Assembly: GCA_050294405.1 (NCBI GenBank)
Contig: JBNKOC010000008.1
Span: forward strand, 32,001 to 96,000
DNA from: Fibrobacteria bacterium
Lineage (GTDB): Bacteria > Fibrobacterota > Fibrobacteria > UBA11236 > JADFYW01
DNA length: 64,000 nucleotides
Reading direction: 5' to 3'
In this document: positions 29,462 through 38,990 of the stretch, piece by piece
Layout of the letters: each line of letters begins with the position of its first letter
Numbering within the stretch: position 1 is the first letter of the stretch
The notes under the pieces: generated by a model
Told to the model about the DNA's origin: nothing
The model's database searches: none
Seen by the model: only the letters and a program-made list of their open reading frames with translations
Position numbers and translations under genes: made by a program

Positions 29462-30184
29462 TTAATCCTTTTTCCGGCGTTCCAGCTCAATTTCAAAAAC
29501 CTTTTTCATAATAATATCCTGGATATGGTTTGGAACATCCATAAAGCGGACCCCGTGTTCATAGGCATTGCCCAGCCGATGGGACCACATGACTTCGGCT
29601 TCAAAGACCATATCCTGGTTTTCAAAATTAAAACTGATTTTTAAAACAGAAGGTTTTTCCAATATTTCATGGTTCAAGAATTTAATACTCTTTACATCCA
29701 GTATATCCATAGCTGAGCATAATTTCATTCCCGATGCGCTAATATCCTTTGCATATATGGGCGCAACATCATTTACATCTTTGTTGTTAATGGATAATAT
29801 CTGGACATCAATTTTTACATAGGCCCTTACATGCTTTCGCCTTTGATCTTTTTTGTATTCCAGAGGATTTTTAATAATGAAAATACCGTTGTCCAGCATT
29901 TCCTCTAGTTCAATATCGAAATAATAAAAATGCTCGTTTGAACTGAAATTTACTTCACCCGGTCTGTCGCTTAAAATTTTCATTTTGTTTTTAAGATCGG
30001 GGCTGAATATTTTTATTCTGGACTTGTTGTATTCTATAATTGTGGCTAAATACCGCAATCCGAATTTTTCGGTATGTATGGGGAAACTTTCTTTTCCAAC
30101 CAAGGGAATGGCGTATGAACCTTCCTTGTTGGGCAATTTGAATTTTACCGAGATGTTTTTGGGTAATTTAACAACTTCATTCAT
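29462..30184 (-). CDS. PilZ-domain (YcgR/flagellar brake-like) c-di-GMP receptor
   Basis: QRRKHVR (RxxxR) and DISASG (DxSxxG) motifs; GVRF. Confidence 0.85.
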   Translation of the reverse strand: MNEVVKLPKNISVKFKLPNKEGSYAIPLVGKESFPIHTEKFGLRYLATIIEYNKSRIKIFSPDLKNKMKILSDRPGEVNFSSNEHFYYFDIELEEMLDNGIFIIKNPLEYKKDQRRKHVRAYVKIDVQILSINNKDVNDVAPIYAKDISASGMKLCSAMDILDVKSIKFLNHEILEKPSVLKISFNFENQDMVFEAEVMWSHRLGNAYEHGVRFMDVPNHIQDIIMKKVFEIELERRKKD

Positions 30185-30215
30185 GGAATTAACACCCGGG
30201 ACGTTTTCTGTCTGG

Positions 30216-30848
30216 CTATTTCCAAAAATTAAGCTTGCTCAACCAGGCAGCCCTTTCGGCCTCATCTTTCCATTCAAAGTTTACGAATATTTTTCCACTT
30301 GGGTCACGCATTATTTGGCAGTCCGGTTTGCCATTTACGAAAAATTTTAATTGGAGCACATTGTGGAAATCCGAATCCATACCGGGAATATCCTTATTTA
30401 AATCCAGTTTTTTCTCTTCCGCAGTCATTTTAAAAATAGGCTCTTCTTCAATTTTATCCAGAATAGTTCCGCCCAAATGGATTTCATATAAATCCAATAC
30501 ATAAGCTGATTCTTCGTCATCCCATTTTAAAAATGCCGGAGGCATGGATTCAAAGTCAGAGGAAACATGAAAACTCAGTTCCAACCTATGGTCCTTTTCA
30601 AATTGGCTTTTATCCATAAAAAAGCCTTCCATTCTAAAGCGGCTGGAGTGGGTACCGTTGGGTTGGGTATACGGTTCTTCGTAATCTTCTAACCCGGATA
30701 TTTGCTCCATGGTGTAGAGGTCTAAATCACTCTTTGGTATTGAAATACCATTAGTTGCATTAGATTCTTTTTCTTTGCCTTTTAACTGATTTGAATAAAT
30801 CATTGAAAAACAAAGCATTACAAAAAAATATCTTCCTGGTTTTTGCAT
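30216..30848 (-). CDS. Hypothetical exported protein
   Basis: 210-aa ORF with signal-like N-terminus; no recognised motif. Confidence 0.6.
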   Translation of the reverse strand: MQKPGRYFFVMLCFSMIYSNQLKGKEKESNATNGISIPKSDLDLYTMEQISGLEDYEEPYTQPNGTHSSRFRMEGFFMDKSQFEKDHRLELSFHVSSDFESMPPAFLKWDDEESAYVLDLYEIHLGGTILDKIEEEPIFKMTAEEKKLDLNKDIPGMDSDFHNVLQLKFFVNGKPDCQIMRDPSGKIFVNFEWKDEAERAAWLSKLNFWK

Positions 30849-31012
30849 AGTTGATTTAAATTATAAGATGCGCCAAACCAATGCAAACAATAAATTGTTA
30901 AAACATTAAATTTTGTGTTTTTGCGTAAAAATGGCCCTTTTTTTTGCATTTAAAATAAAAATAGACTCTTAAAATCCTTCATTGATCCAAAATTTGAGGG
31001 TATAATTATCTC

Positions 31013-31384
31013 ATGAATCAAAAATTTGACGAAATTTTAGTTTATAATCGTGTGGGAACCCTTAGACGTGTGACTGTGGAAGCATTAAAAAGGTTGAATT
31101 ATAGTTCAATAAAAGAGTTCTCAAGCAAGGATGAATTGGAAAAAGAGCTTAAATTAGATATTCAATTTTTGTTGATTTTGGAGATAACAGGGGAGAACCC
31201 TGTGTCCGAGCTTGAGCTAATTCAAAAATATTCGGGCCGTCATAGAATGCTGGTTACTCTTCAAATAAGCAGTAAAGAGTTGATTTTAAAACTTTCTCGT
31301 GCTGGGGCTAAAAATGTGCTCTTAAAGAGTTTGGATATCGGAGGCTTCTCTGAAAAATTACAAACCGCTCTCGGTCCCCGTTAG
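31013..31384 (+). CDS. Atypical (pseudo) receiver domain protein
   Basis: REC-like pattern (GAKNVLLK) lacking the acidic DD pocket, with Glu at the phospho-Asp position (LLILEI). Confidence 0.65.
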   Translation: MNQKFDEILVYNRVGTLRRVTVEALKRLNYSSIKEFSSKDELEKELKLDIQFLLILEITGENPVSELELIQKYSGRHRMLVTLQISSKELILKLSRAGAKNVLLKSLDIGGFSEKLQTALGPR

Positions 31385-31393
31385 CAGCTGTTT

Positions 31394-32233
31394 TTAAATA
31401 AAGAAATCGGCATTGGAAATTTCTCGTTTTACCTTTTCCACGAGCTCTTCCAAAACTTCGCTGGAAAGGTTTAAGTCGTGTAAAGCACCCTGGCTACAAT
31501 TCTCAGGCATTTTCTTGCTCGGCATCAAAAAACCAAACAAAGAGGCGTAGAAATCGGCAACATGGACGGCCTGAGTGAGGCCCAGTTCCTGATGGGCGGA
31601 TTTATCGGGAAAATGATGGAATTCCACGGCGCACAACAAAGCCTCTGGCAATTTCCATTCCTGCAATAAAACCCTTCCTGCGCTCCCGTGGTCTATACCA
31701 AAAAAATCTTTTTCCAAAATGGATATATCAATGGATTGGCTTTCTGATTTTTCTATTAGCTCCTGATACTTTTCCGGCTCCAGGCTGGATAAAATCAGAA
31801 TCCCGATATCATGGAAAAGCCCGGCAATGTAAGCGGAATCCGGATTTATTTTTTTTTCTTTGGAGCCCTCAATAATAAGTCGGGTTATTAAGGCTACGCT
31901 CACAGAGTGTTTCCAAAACTCCTTAATGTCCATGTTTTTTGAAGTGGGGGAGTTTTGAATCATGGAAATAGCCAGGGATATTTTACTGACCTCCTTAAGG
32001 CCTATTCTGGAAACAGCTTGAGAAATTGATCCAATGCTTCCATATTTTCCAGCATACTTAACTGAATTGGCAATTTTAAGAAAGTGGGCGGACAGGGCGA
32101 TATTCTTTTCTATGGTTTGAATGACTTCGGAAAATTCCACATTGGGATCTTGGATACATTTTAAGAAATATTGGGTTTCAATACCCAGAGAGGGGAGGGA
32201 ATCCAGCGATAATATTCTTTTAGTTATATCCAT
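31394..32233 (-). CDS. HDOD domain protein
   Basis: LPSL, LKIANS, FWKHS, AGLFHDIG, DH..AG..LL..WKLP, FHH. Confidence 0.9.
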   Translation of the reverse strand: MDITKRILSLDSLPSLGIETQYFLKCIQDPNVEFSEVIQTIEKNIALSAHFLKIANSVKYAGKYGSIGSISQAVSRIGLKEVSKISLAISMIQNSPTSKNMDIKEFWKHSVSVALITRLIIEGSKEKKINPDSAYIAGLFHDIGILILSSLEPEKYQELIEKSESQSIDISILEKDFFGIDHGSAGRVLLQEWKLPEALLCAVEFHHFPDKSAHQELGLTQAVHVADFYASLFGFLMPSKKMPENCSQGALHDLNLSSEVLEELVEKVKREISNADFFI

Positions 32234-32241
32234 TTTAAAAT

Positions 32242-32613
32242 TTACTGTTCGCTATCCAAACACTCCATGATTTTTACCATTAATTCTTCCTGGGTAAAAG
32301 GCTTCATTATGTAATTGGTGGCTCCAGCTCCGATGGCTTCTATAATTTTATCGGGTTCATTTACCGCTGTGAGCATTATTATGGGAATGTTGCTTAAGCT
32401 TTCATTTTCCTTAATAGCTTTAACAGCGCTAAGGCCGTCCATTACAGGCATATCCCAATCCATTAATATTAATCCCACATCGCTATTGTTGCTCAAAGCA
32501 TCTAAAGCGGCCTGGCCGTTTTCAGCTTCCAGGGTATTGTGCCCCAGCATATCCAGGGCATTTCGAACCAACTTTCTGATAGTTGGCGAGTCATCAACTG
32601 ATAGTATGTTCAT
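32242..32613 (-). CDS. cheY: CheY-like response regulator
   Basis: VDDS, LMDWDMP, MLTA, YIMKPF. Confidence 0.9.
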   Translation of the reverse strand: MNILSVDDSPTIRKLVRNALDMLGHNTLEAENGQAALDALSNNSDVGLILMDWDMPVMDGLSAVKAIKENESLSNIPIIMLTAVNEPDKIIEAIGAGATNYIMKPFTQEELMVKIMECLDSEQ

Positions 32614-33455
32614 AGAGGCACCCTCTTTTTATAATACAATCCTATGGGCTTAATTTTATTGGAAAAGGATTCTGTAATACCTGTTAAACTTTCCGCTCCC
32701 CCCACAATTAAAATTCCAAAGGAGGATAATTTTTGCGCAATTTTTTCAAACATTTGGCTTTTGGTTTTACTGCTAAAATAGATAGCCACATTTCGGCAAA
32801 ATACAATATCCATGGTGGGGACATCATCAAATTTGTCTAAAATGTTTAATCGTTTAAACTGAACTAAGTTTCTTACAGAATCTTTAATAGTCCAAATTTT
32901 TTCATCCCCATCAAAATATTGGGATAAATGAGCTTCATCCATTCCCCGACTCATGGTGAATTTGTCGTATCTTCCCGAACGGGCTAAAAGTAAAATAGGA
33001 TCTGATATGTCTGTTGCCGTAATTTTAATTTTCTCTACGGGAAAATCCGGATGTTTCTTTTGGTAGTCCAATATTGTCATGGCAATAGAATAGGGCTCCT
33101 GGCCCGTGGAACAGGCGCAACTCCATATATTTGCAAAAATTCTCTTTCCGCTTTTGAACTCTTCATGTAATTCAGGCAAAAATTCTTCGGCCAACAATTT
33201 AAAAGGGTACCCGTCCCGAAACCACAAGGTTTCATTGGTGGTCATAGCATCCAAAATTTTATCCCTAAGACCCGAGGCTTTTTCTGATACAGCCTTTTTG
33301 TGGAGCTCCCCAATGCTCTTGCATCCATTGGTAGCCATTAAGACGGTGAGGCGGCTTTCCACTAAATATTCTTTTTCATCTCCCAGACAAATACCGCAAT
33401 GCTCTTCGATAAACGAGCGGATATCCAAAAATTCCTGCCGGGTCATGATGCTCAT
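32610..33455 (-). CDS. cheR: Chemotaxis methyltransferase CheR
   Basis: TTNETLWFRD, IWSCACSTGQEPYS, FCRNVAIYF. Confidence 0.95.
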   Translation of the reverse strand: MSIMTRQEFLDIRSFIEEHCGICLGDEKEYLVESRLTVLMATNGCKSIGELHKKAVSEKASGLRDKILDAMTTNETLWFRDGYPFKLLAEEFLPELHEEFKSGKRIFANIWSCACSTGQEPYSIAMTILDYQKKHPDFPVEKIKITATDISDPILLLARSGRYDKFTMSRGMDEAHLSQYFDGDEKIWTIKDSVRNLVQFKRLNILDKFDDVPTMDIVFCRNVAIYFSSKTKSQMFEKIAQKLSSFGILIVGGAESLTGITESFSNKIKPIGLYYKKRVPL

Positions 33456-34517
33456 TTAAACTTTTACCCTCTCCTGGGATATAATTTCAATGGCCTGGGA
33501 AATCTCATCTACATCCAGTTCCAAATCAGATAAACCAGCATCCACAACAGCCTTTGGCATTCCGTAAATGGTACAGCTGGACTCGGATTGGGTAATGGAG
33601 TAGCAACCTTTTTTCTTTAGGGCTTTAACTCCCTCAAGGCCGTCCTGACCCATTCCTGTCAGCATAATAGAGGCTGTGGAAAAACGGTAGTTTTTTGCAA
33701 TGGATTCAAACAATACATCTACAGAGGGACGGCAACTATTCACTTTTTCCTTTTCATTGATATCCAGTTTATATTGAAACCCCTCTTTTACCAACTCCAT
33801 GTGTTTTCCGCCCGGAGCGAAATACACAGTGTTTGCCTGAAGCTCCATGTTAGGTTCAGCTTCGCATATCTTAATAGGAGTTAATTTATCCAAATTGGCC
33901 GCCAGGGACTTTGTAAAGTTCGCAGGCATATGTTGCACTACTAATATTGGCACCTGAGATGATTTGGTTAACTTTGAAAAAATTTGGGTTAAAACTTTAG
34001 GACCCCCGGTACTCACTCCGATGGCAATTAGTTGGACATCTTTTGGGAGCGCGGTATTTAAATTTTTACTGGGTTTTTGTTCTATGCGGGATGTTCGTTT
34101 AGGGGACTGTGCAGCAACCAAGCTTAAGCAGTTACTCAAGTGTTCCTTTAATTTCCCAAAGTTTTCGTCAACGCTGGAACTTCCCGGTTTAGGGATAAAA
34201 TCCAAGGCGCCCATTCTAAGGCCCATAATAGTGTCCGGGGCATTCTTTTGGCTAATGCCACTAATCAAAACCACAGATGTATTAGGGTATTTTTGCAGAA
34301 TTAGCCCCAGGGTTTGCACGCCGCCCATACCTGGCATATGTATATCCAACAATACCAAATCAGCTTCTTTTTCTTTGAGAACTTCCAAGGCGTTTTCCCC
34401 AGATGAAGCTTCATCTATTATGTCTACATTTTCAAAATGGCTCAGTGATTTTCTGATTACCTTGCGATAGAGCAGGTTATCATCCACTATTAAAACTTTG
34501 ATTTTGGAAGAGTTCAT
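33456..34517 (-). CDS. cheB: Chemotaxis methylesterase CheB (REC plus esterase)
   Basis: GVSTGGP, VQHMP, RPSVDVLF, LTGMGQDG. Confidence 0.95.
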   Translation of the reverse strand: MNSSKIKVLIVDDNLLYRKVIRKSLSHFENVDIIDEASSGENALEVLKEKEADLVLLDIHMPGMGGVQTLGLILQKYPNTSVVLISGISQKNAPDTIMGLRMGALDFIPKPGSSSVDENFGKLKEHLSNCLSLVAAQSPKRTSRIEQKPSKNLNTALPKDVQLIAIGVSTGGPKVLTQIFSKLTKSSQVPILVVQHMPANFTKSLAANLDKLTPIKICEAEPNMELQANTVYFAPGGKHMELVKEGFQYKLDINEKEKVNSCRPSVDVLFESIAKNYRFSTASIMLTGMGQDGLEGVKALKKKGCYSITQSESSCTIYGMPKAVVDAGLSDLELDVDEISQAIEIISQERVKV

Positions 34518-34521
34518 AAAG

Positions 34522-35004
34522 TCAATAATTGCTTTTAGCTACCTTTTGCTCCAATATGTTTAGGAGGTTCAGTACAATTATTAAATTGTCGTTTTGCTTA
34601 ATTATTCCATCCACCATATCGCTGTGAATGCCTGTTACATTGGCCGGTACAGGCTCAATATCTGTTTCTGCTAAATTTACAATATCACCGACCTTATCCA
34701 CTAAAAGGCCTATTTTTTCTTTTTGCAAAAACCCCAATTGGTTTTGTCCGGAAGGCCAATCCGGTTTATCTTTTAAAACCAGACAGTGGGAGTCTTTTCC
34801 TATTTCAATGTTATCAAATCCTATACAATAGGGAAGATCCATTACTGTAATGATTTGGCCTCTTAAGTTTAACAACCCCGTTATAAAAGTCGGGGCCAAA
34901 TCCACTTTGGATACTTCCAGATTCTGGTTTATTTCTCTTATGTACCTTATATCCAAGGCGTATAATTTGTCGTTTATATAAAAGGTGGTAAAAGAAAGAG
35001 CCAT
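34522..35004 (-). CDS. cheW: CheW adaptor
   Basis: GLLNLRGQIITVMDL, GLLVDKVGD. Confidence 0.93.
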   Translation of the reverse strand: MALSFTTFYINDKLYALDIRYIREINQNLEVSKVDLAPTFITGLLNLRGQIITVMDLPYCIGFDNIEIGKDSHCLVLKDKPDWPSGQNQLGFLQKEKIGLLVDKVGDIVNLAETDIEPVPANVTGIHSDMVDGIIKQNDNLIIVLNLLNILEQKVAKSNY

Positions 35005-35010
35005 AATATG

Positions 35011-38000
35011 TTAGTTTAAAAACTGGCTTAAGGTTAATAGAATTTTCTTTTTATCCCATTTGGATTCCACAGCGTCAAAATCCAACTTTCGGTCCCGTTC
35101 CTGCGCCGGAATTACACCGGTGCTGCTCATAGCTACCACAGGAATACTTTTTAAGGAGTCCGAGGATTTTATTTTTGAGGCGAGCTCGTAGCCATCCATT
35201 CCGGGCATGTTTAGATCCGATAAAATCAAATCAAAATTTTCCTGGCCGGAAAGGGCGTCCCAGGCTTCTTTGCCATTGGAACATATTTTCAATTCGCAAT
35301 TGGGGTGATCTAAATAAGCCCGAAGCAGTTTTCCGAAATAATCCGTATCTTCTGCAATTAAAATTTTCTTTTGATTTAAAAAGTCGTAATTAAATTTGTG
35401 TTTTGGTTGAGCTTTTTCCACAATTTTAAAAAGGTCCAATATAAGCAACATATTTTTGTTTACAATTTGGGACCCTAAAATGCCTTCGGGGCTGGTTCCG
35501 CTTTGTTCCAGATTGCCCATGCAATTTACAGTATCAAAAAGTTCGCTTGCTAAAATGCCCACCTGGTTTTCATTCAATTTGGGGATAATTACAAATTCAT
35601 AGGGGAAATCCGAATCTCCCCGGGAGATAGGCAAATAGTCGTTGAGTTCTATTAAAGGTAAGGATTTTGATTCGTATTTTAAATAAAGTTTGCCGCTGAT
35701 GTTCTCCACATTTTCCCTATGAATTTTTTCAATTCTGGAAATCATGGATAAGTTAAAAGCCAATAATTCACTGCCTCCAACCTTAAAACTTAACATGGCC
35801 TGTGCTTCTTCCAACTGCCGTTCTTTTTCCATTTTCGCTTCTTCTATAGAGCTTTCGGCAATATCATCAAATTTTAATTTGGCCATTTCTGATATGCCTA
35901 CCGAATCCAATATCATGGCAATTTGCCCGTCTCCCAAAATGGTGACGCCGCTGTAGCAAGGGCTGTCTTTTAAAAAAGCGCTAAGGGGCTTCACCACAAT
36001 TTCTTCATTGTTTATTACCGAGTCCGCAATTAAGCCGTAGTGATTTTTACCTATGTTTATGACGCAAATAATAACGCTGCCTGTGGCATTTTGCCGTCTA
36101 TCAGGATTTTTTCTTCTTTCCTGAATCTCTTCGGCGATTTCCTGCCCATTTCTTCTATCCGCCATATGTATGCGATGATTTGGGTGGCGCTTGTTGGTTT
36201 CGCTGTCCAAATATGTGGTTTGGATGTTAAGCACATCGGTAAGTTTCACAAGCGGCAGCAATTTGCCCCGAAGGCGTAAAACTTCAAAGCCATTCACATT
36301 TTCTATTTTTTGGCTTATTTCCGAGTTCTTTATGCGCACTAATTCCTCCAGGCCGACCTGGGGAAGCGCAATTTTTCTTCCCTCTACAGATAAGATAAGA
36401 GAAGGTATAATGGCCAATGTTAAGGGCAACCTTAATGTGATAAGCATGCCCTTATCAAACTCGGAATCCACTTCAAGTATTCCGCCCAACTTCTCCACAT
36501 TGGTTTTTACCACGTCCAAACCAACTCCTCGGCCAGATACATTGGAAATATTTTTGGCCGTGGAAAAACCGGGTCTAAAAATCAAATTCTTCTTTTCATT
36601 TTCCGAAAGAATCATGGCCTCGTCTTCCGAGATGATCTTTTTATCAAGGGCCTTAGCCACAATTTTTGGAATGTTTAAACCTGCACCATCGTCTTTTATT
36701 TCAATGACTATTTTTCCGCTTTTGTGATAGGCGCTTAATTGGATAAACCCCTGTTTGTTTTTTCCCTTTTGCTCTCTTTCTTCGGGGGGTTCAATCCCAT
36801 GATCGCAGCAGTTTCGAATGAGGTGAGTAAGAGGATCTGTTAAAAGTTCCAGCACGGACTTGTCCATTTCCACTTCTGAACCTGTGATGTGGAGTGAAAT
36901 TTCTTTGCCTAACATCTTGGAGAGATCTCTTATGACTCGAGGAAATTTGTTGAATAGAAGTCCAATGGGCTGCATGCGGGATTGCATAATGCCTTCCTGC
37001 AAATCACTGGTGATACGGGAAAATTGCTGAATCAGGGAATTGATGCTTGTAAAGTCGGATAATTTTTTAGAGCTGGCCTGGCTGTAAACGCTTTTTATTT
37101 GGGAACAATGGTTGGAAATATTTCCTTGTAAGTTTTGGATTTTTTCTGGCTCTGCGCTGGGAAAAGCCTGAGTTACAGATTGCATAATCTGGTTCTGAAA
37201 ATCCTCCATGAGTTTTTCCACAAGTCCCAAACCCTGGTTCTGCCCATCTAAAGTTTTCAGAGGCTGATTAAATTGCTGCATAATCTGGTTGCGGCTAAGA
37301 ACCAGTTCACCCGCCAGGTTCATCAGGTTGTTGAGCAAGTCCAGTTTTACTCTCAGAGTTTCATTGTTGCTGTTTGCCGCTTTGGCCTTCTTTTCATTCC
37401 CCGATGTTTTGATAGTTTCAATGGCTTTTTCCCTGGTCTTTTTCAAGTCTGTTTTTAGGGCAGTGTCATCAAACTTCCGGATTTGGGCAGGGTCTATGTT
37501 AAGAGCCAGTTGGGCGTATTCCTCTTCTAAAACCGAGGTAAACAATATCAAAGCCGGTTGTTTGGCTTCGCCCCTTCCCTTTGCGCTCTTTTTTGGCTTT
37601 TTTTCCTGGGGAATTAAATGAATTCCGGCGATGTCGCCCAGCTTTCGCCATTCATTTAAAATGGGATCTTCTTCAGGGTTGTTTGCCTGAATTCCTTCTT
37701 CCCAATTTATTTCATATATGTAATGGCCTTGTTGTATATGGCTATTTAATTTTTGCTCGCTAAGTTCCTTGTAAACGGATAGGATGTATTTAAAATCAAA
37801 TTTTTCGGAAAGTTCAGCGTTTTGAGAGTTTTTCTTCGGGTTGGGGGAGTTTTGCCTCGCTGGTTCAATATTATCAGCGCCTGGCTCAAGCGCCTTTAGC
37901 TTAACGATAACATCCTCAATTTCCAGTTCGTTACTTTTTTCAAGTTCATCCAGTAAATGCTTGAGTTTATCCATCCCTTCAAATAAGACATCAATTATTT

Positions 38001-38268
38001 CTACAGTAATTTCCTGTTGCTTATCTCGAAGCCTTCCCAACAGGTTTTCCAGCTCGTGGCTCAAATCGCGGATGTTTGTAAAACCAAAAAAACTGAATCC
38101 GCCTTTTATGCTGTGTATAGCTCTGAAAATATGATTTAATATTTCATCGGAAACATTTTTGCCTGATTTTTCTAATTCCAGAATATCTGGCTCAATGTCG
38201 CTAAGATGTTCCAGGGACTCCTGGAGCAATTCAGCAACTAATTCATTGTTTCCATCCATAATTTGCAA
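35011..38268 (-). CDS. cheA: Hybrid CheA (HPt-dimer-HATPase-CheW-CheW-REC)
   Basis: FRAIHSIKG, HLIRNCCDHGIE, DDGAG, GFSTA...SGRGVGLDVV, two CheW-like domains, C-terminal REC (LSDLNMP). Confidence 0.95.
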   Translation of the reverse strand: MQIMDGNNELVAELLQESLEHLSDIEPDILELEKSGKNVSDEILNHIFRAIHSIKGGFSFFGFTNIRDLSHELENLLGRLRDKQQEITVEIIDVLFEGMDKLKHLLDELEKSNELEIEDVIVKLKALEPGADNIEPARQNSPNPKKNSQNAELSEKFDFKYILSVYKELSEQKLNSHIQQGHYIYEINWEEGIQANNPEEDPILNEWRKLGDIAGIHLIPQEKKPKKSAKGRGEAKQPALILFTSVLEEEYAQLALNIDPAQIRKFDDTALKTDLKKTREKAIETIKTSGNEKKAKAANSNNETLRVKLDLLNNLMNLAGELVLSRNQIMQQFNQPLKTLDGQNQGLGLVEKLMEDFQNQIMQSVTQAFPSAEPEKIQNLQGNISNHCSQIKSVYSQASSKKLSDFTSINSLIQQFSRITSDLQEGIMQSRMQPIGLLFNKFPRVIRDLSKMLGKEISLHITGSEVEMDKSVLELLTDPLTHLIRNCCDHGIEPPEEREQKGKNKQGFIQLSAYHKSGKIVIEIKDDGAGLNIPKIVAKALDKKIISEDEAMILSENEKKNLIFRPGFSTAKNISNVSGRGVGLDVVKTNVEKLGGILEVDSEFDKGMLITLRLPLTLAIIPSLILSVEGRKIALPQVGLEELVRIKNSEISQKIENVNGFEVLRLRGKLLPLVKLTDVLNIQTTYLDSETNKRHPNHRIHMADRRNGQEIAEEIQERRKNPDRRQNATGSVIICVINIGKNHYGLIADSVINNEEIVVKPLSAFLKDSPCYSGVTILGDGQIAMILDSVGISEMAKLKFDDIAESSIEEAKMEKERQLEEAQAMLSFKVGGSELLAFNLSMISRIEKIHRENVENISGKLYLKYESKSLPLIELNDYLPISRGDSDFPYEFVIIPKLNENQVGILASELFDTVNCMGNLEQSGTSPEGILGSQIVNKNMLLILDLFKIVEKAQPKHKFNYDFLNQKKILIAEDTDYFGKLLRAYLDHPNCELKICSNGKEAWDALSGQENFDLILSDLNMPGMDGYELASKIKSSDSLKSIPVVAMSSTGVIPAQERDRKLDFDAVESKWDKKKILLTLSQFLN

Positions 38269-38373
38269 ATATTGGGCGGGTTTTCACAAAAGGGCCCGTT
38301 TAAAATTCATCTTAGTATACACCCAATGCAAATCAGGCTTCAAGAAATAAAAAAGAGCTTTCTTAATGAAAAG

Positions 38374-38766
38374 CTAATTGGCAGAAATGTTGGGGATGGG
38401 GGAGAGCAGGTATTTCTTTAGAAAATTTTCAAATTCTCCACGATTTATGGGCTTTGCCATAAATGCGGTGGCCCCAATATCCAGCAAGCTGCCAATTTCT
38501 TTAACAGAAATAAAGGCTGAACACATAATTATGGGAATATTCACAAAATCCTGCTGCTTTCTGGTTTCTTTAATGAATGTTTTACCATCCATTTCCGGCA
38601 TTTTGTAATCCACTACAATGGCGCTAAAGTCCGGATTATCTTCTAGCATTTGCAGTCCCCGTAACCCATTACTGGCTACTATAGATACAATTCCCATGGA
38701 CTCCGCAATTCTGAGAATGAGCCTTTGAGTCATGCGTTCGTCTTCTACAATTAAAAGTTTTTTCAT
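38374..38766 (-). CDS. Single-domain response regulator
   Basis: VEDE, VVDYKMP, FMAKP. Confidence 0.88.
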   Translation of the reverse strand: MKKLLIVEDERMTQRLILRIAESMGIVSIVASNGLRGLQMLEDNPDFSAIVVDYKMPEMDGKTFIKETRKQQDFVNIPIIMCSAFISVKEIGSLLDIGATAFMAKPINRGEFENFLKKYLLSPIPNISAN

Positions 38767-38949
38767 GAGAATTTATGGGATAAAATTTGCCTTACTATTG
38801 CACCTATTTTAAAATTTTGTGTCTTTTTATTTCAATCTAAATCGAATCCTTTTTTAAAGCCCTGAATCATTTTGGCGCAATGATTTAAATTGAAATGCTC
38901 TAAAAAACTACAAACAGCCCAAAAATGGCAATATTTACGCTGTTTAAGG

Positions 38950-38966
38950 CTGGCACTTCCTTTGCA
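38950..38966 (+). promoter_or_regulatory. Sigma54 (-24/-12) promoter of clpB
   Basis: CTGGCACTTCCTTTGCA, a near-perfect match to YTGGCAC-N5-TTGCW. Confidence 0.85.
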
Positions 38967-38990
38967 AATACCATTAGCAGGGAGGAAAAA

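Noticed and set aside
30869..30885. NtrC-like TGC-N11-GCA site
   Set aside because: Weak match with no adjacent -24/-12 box.
38925..38990. N-terminal extension of ClpB given in the ORF track
   Set aside because: It overlaps a sigma54 promoter, and a strong SD precedes ATG 38991.
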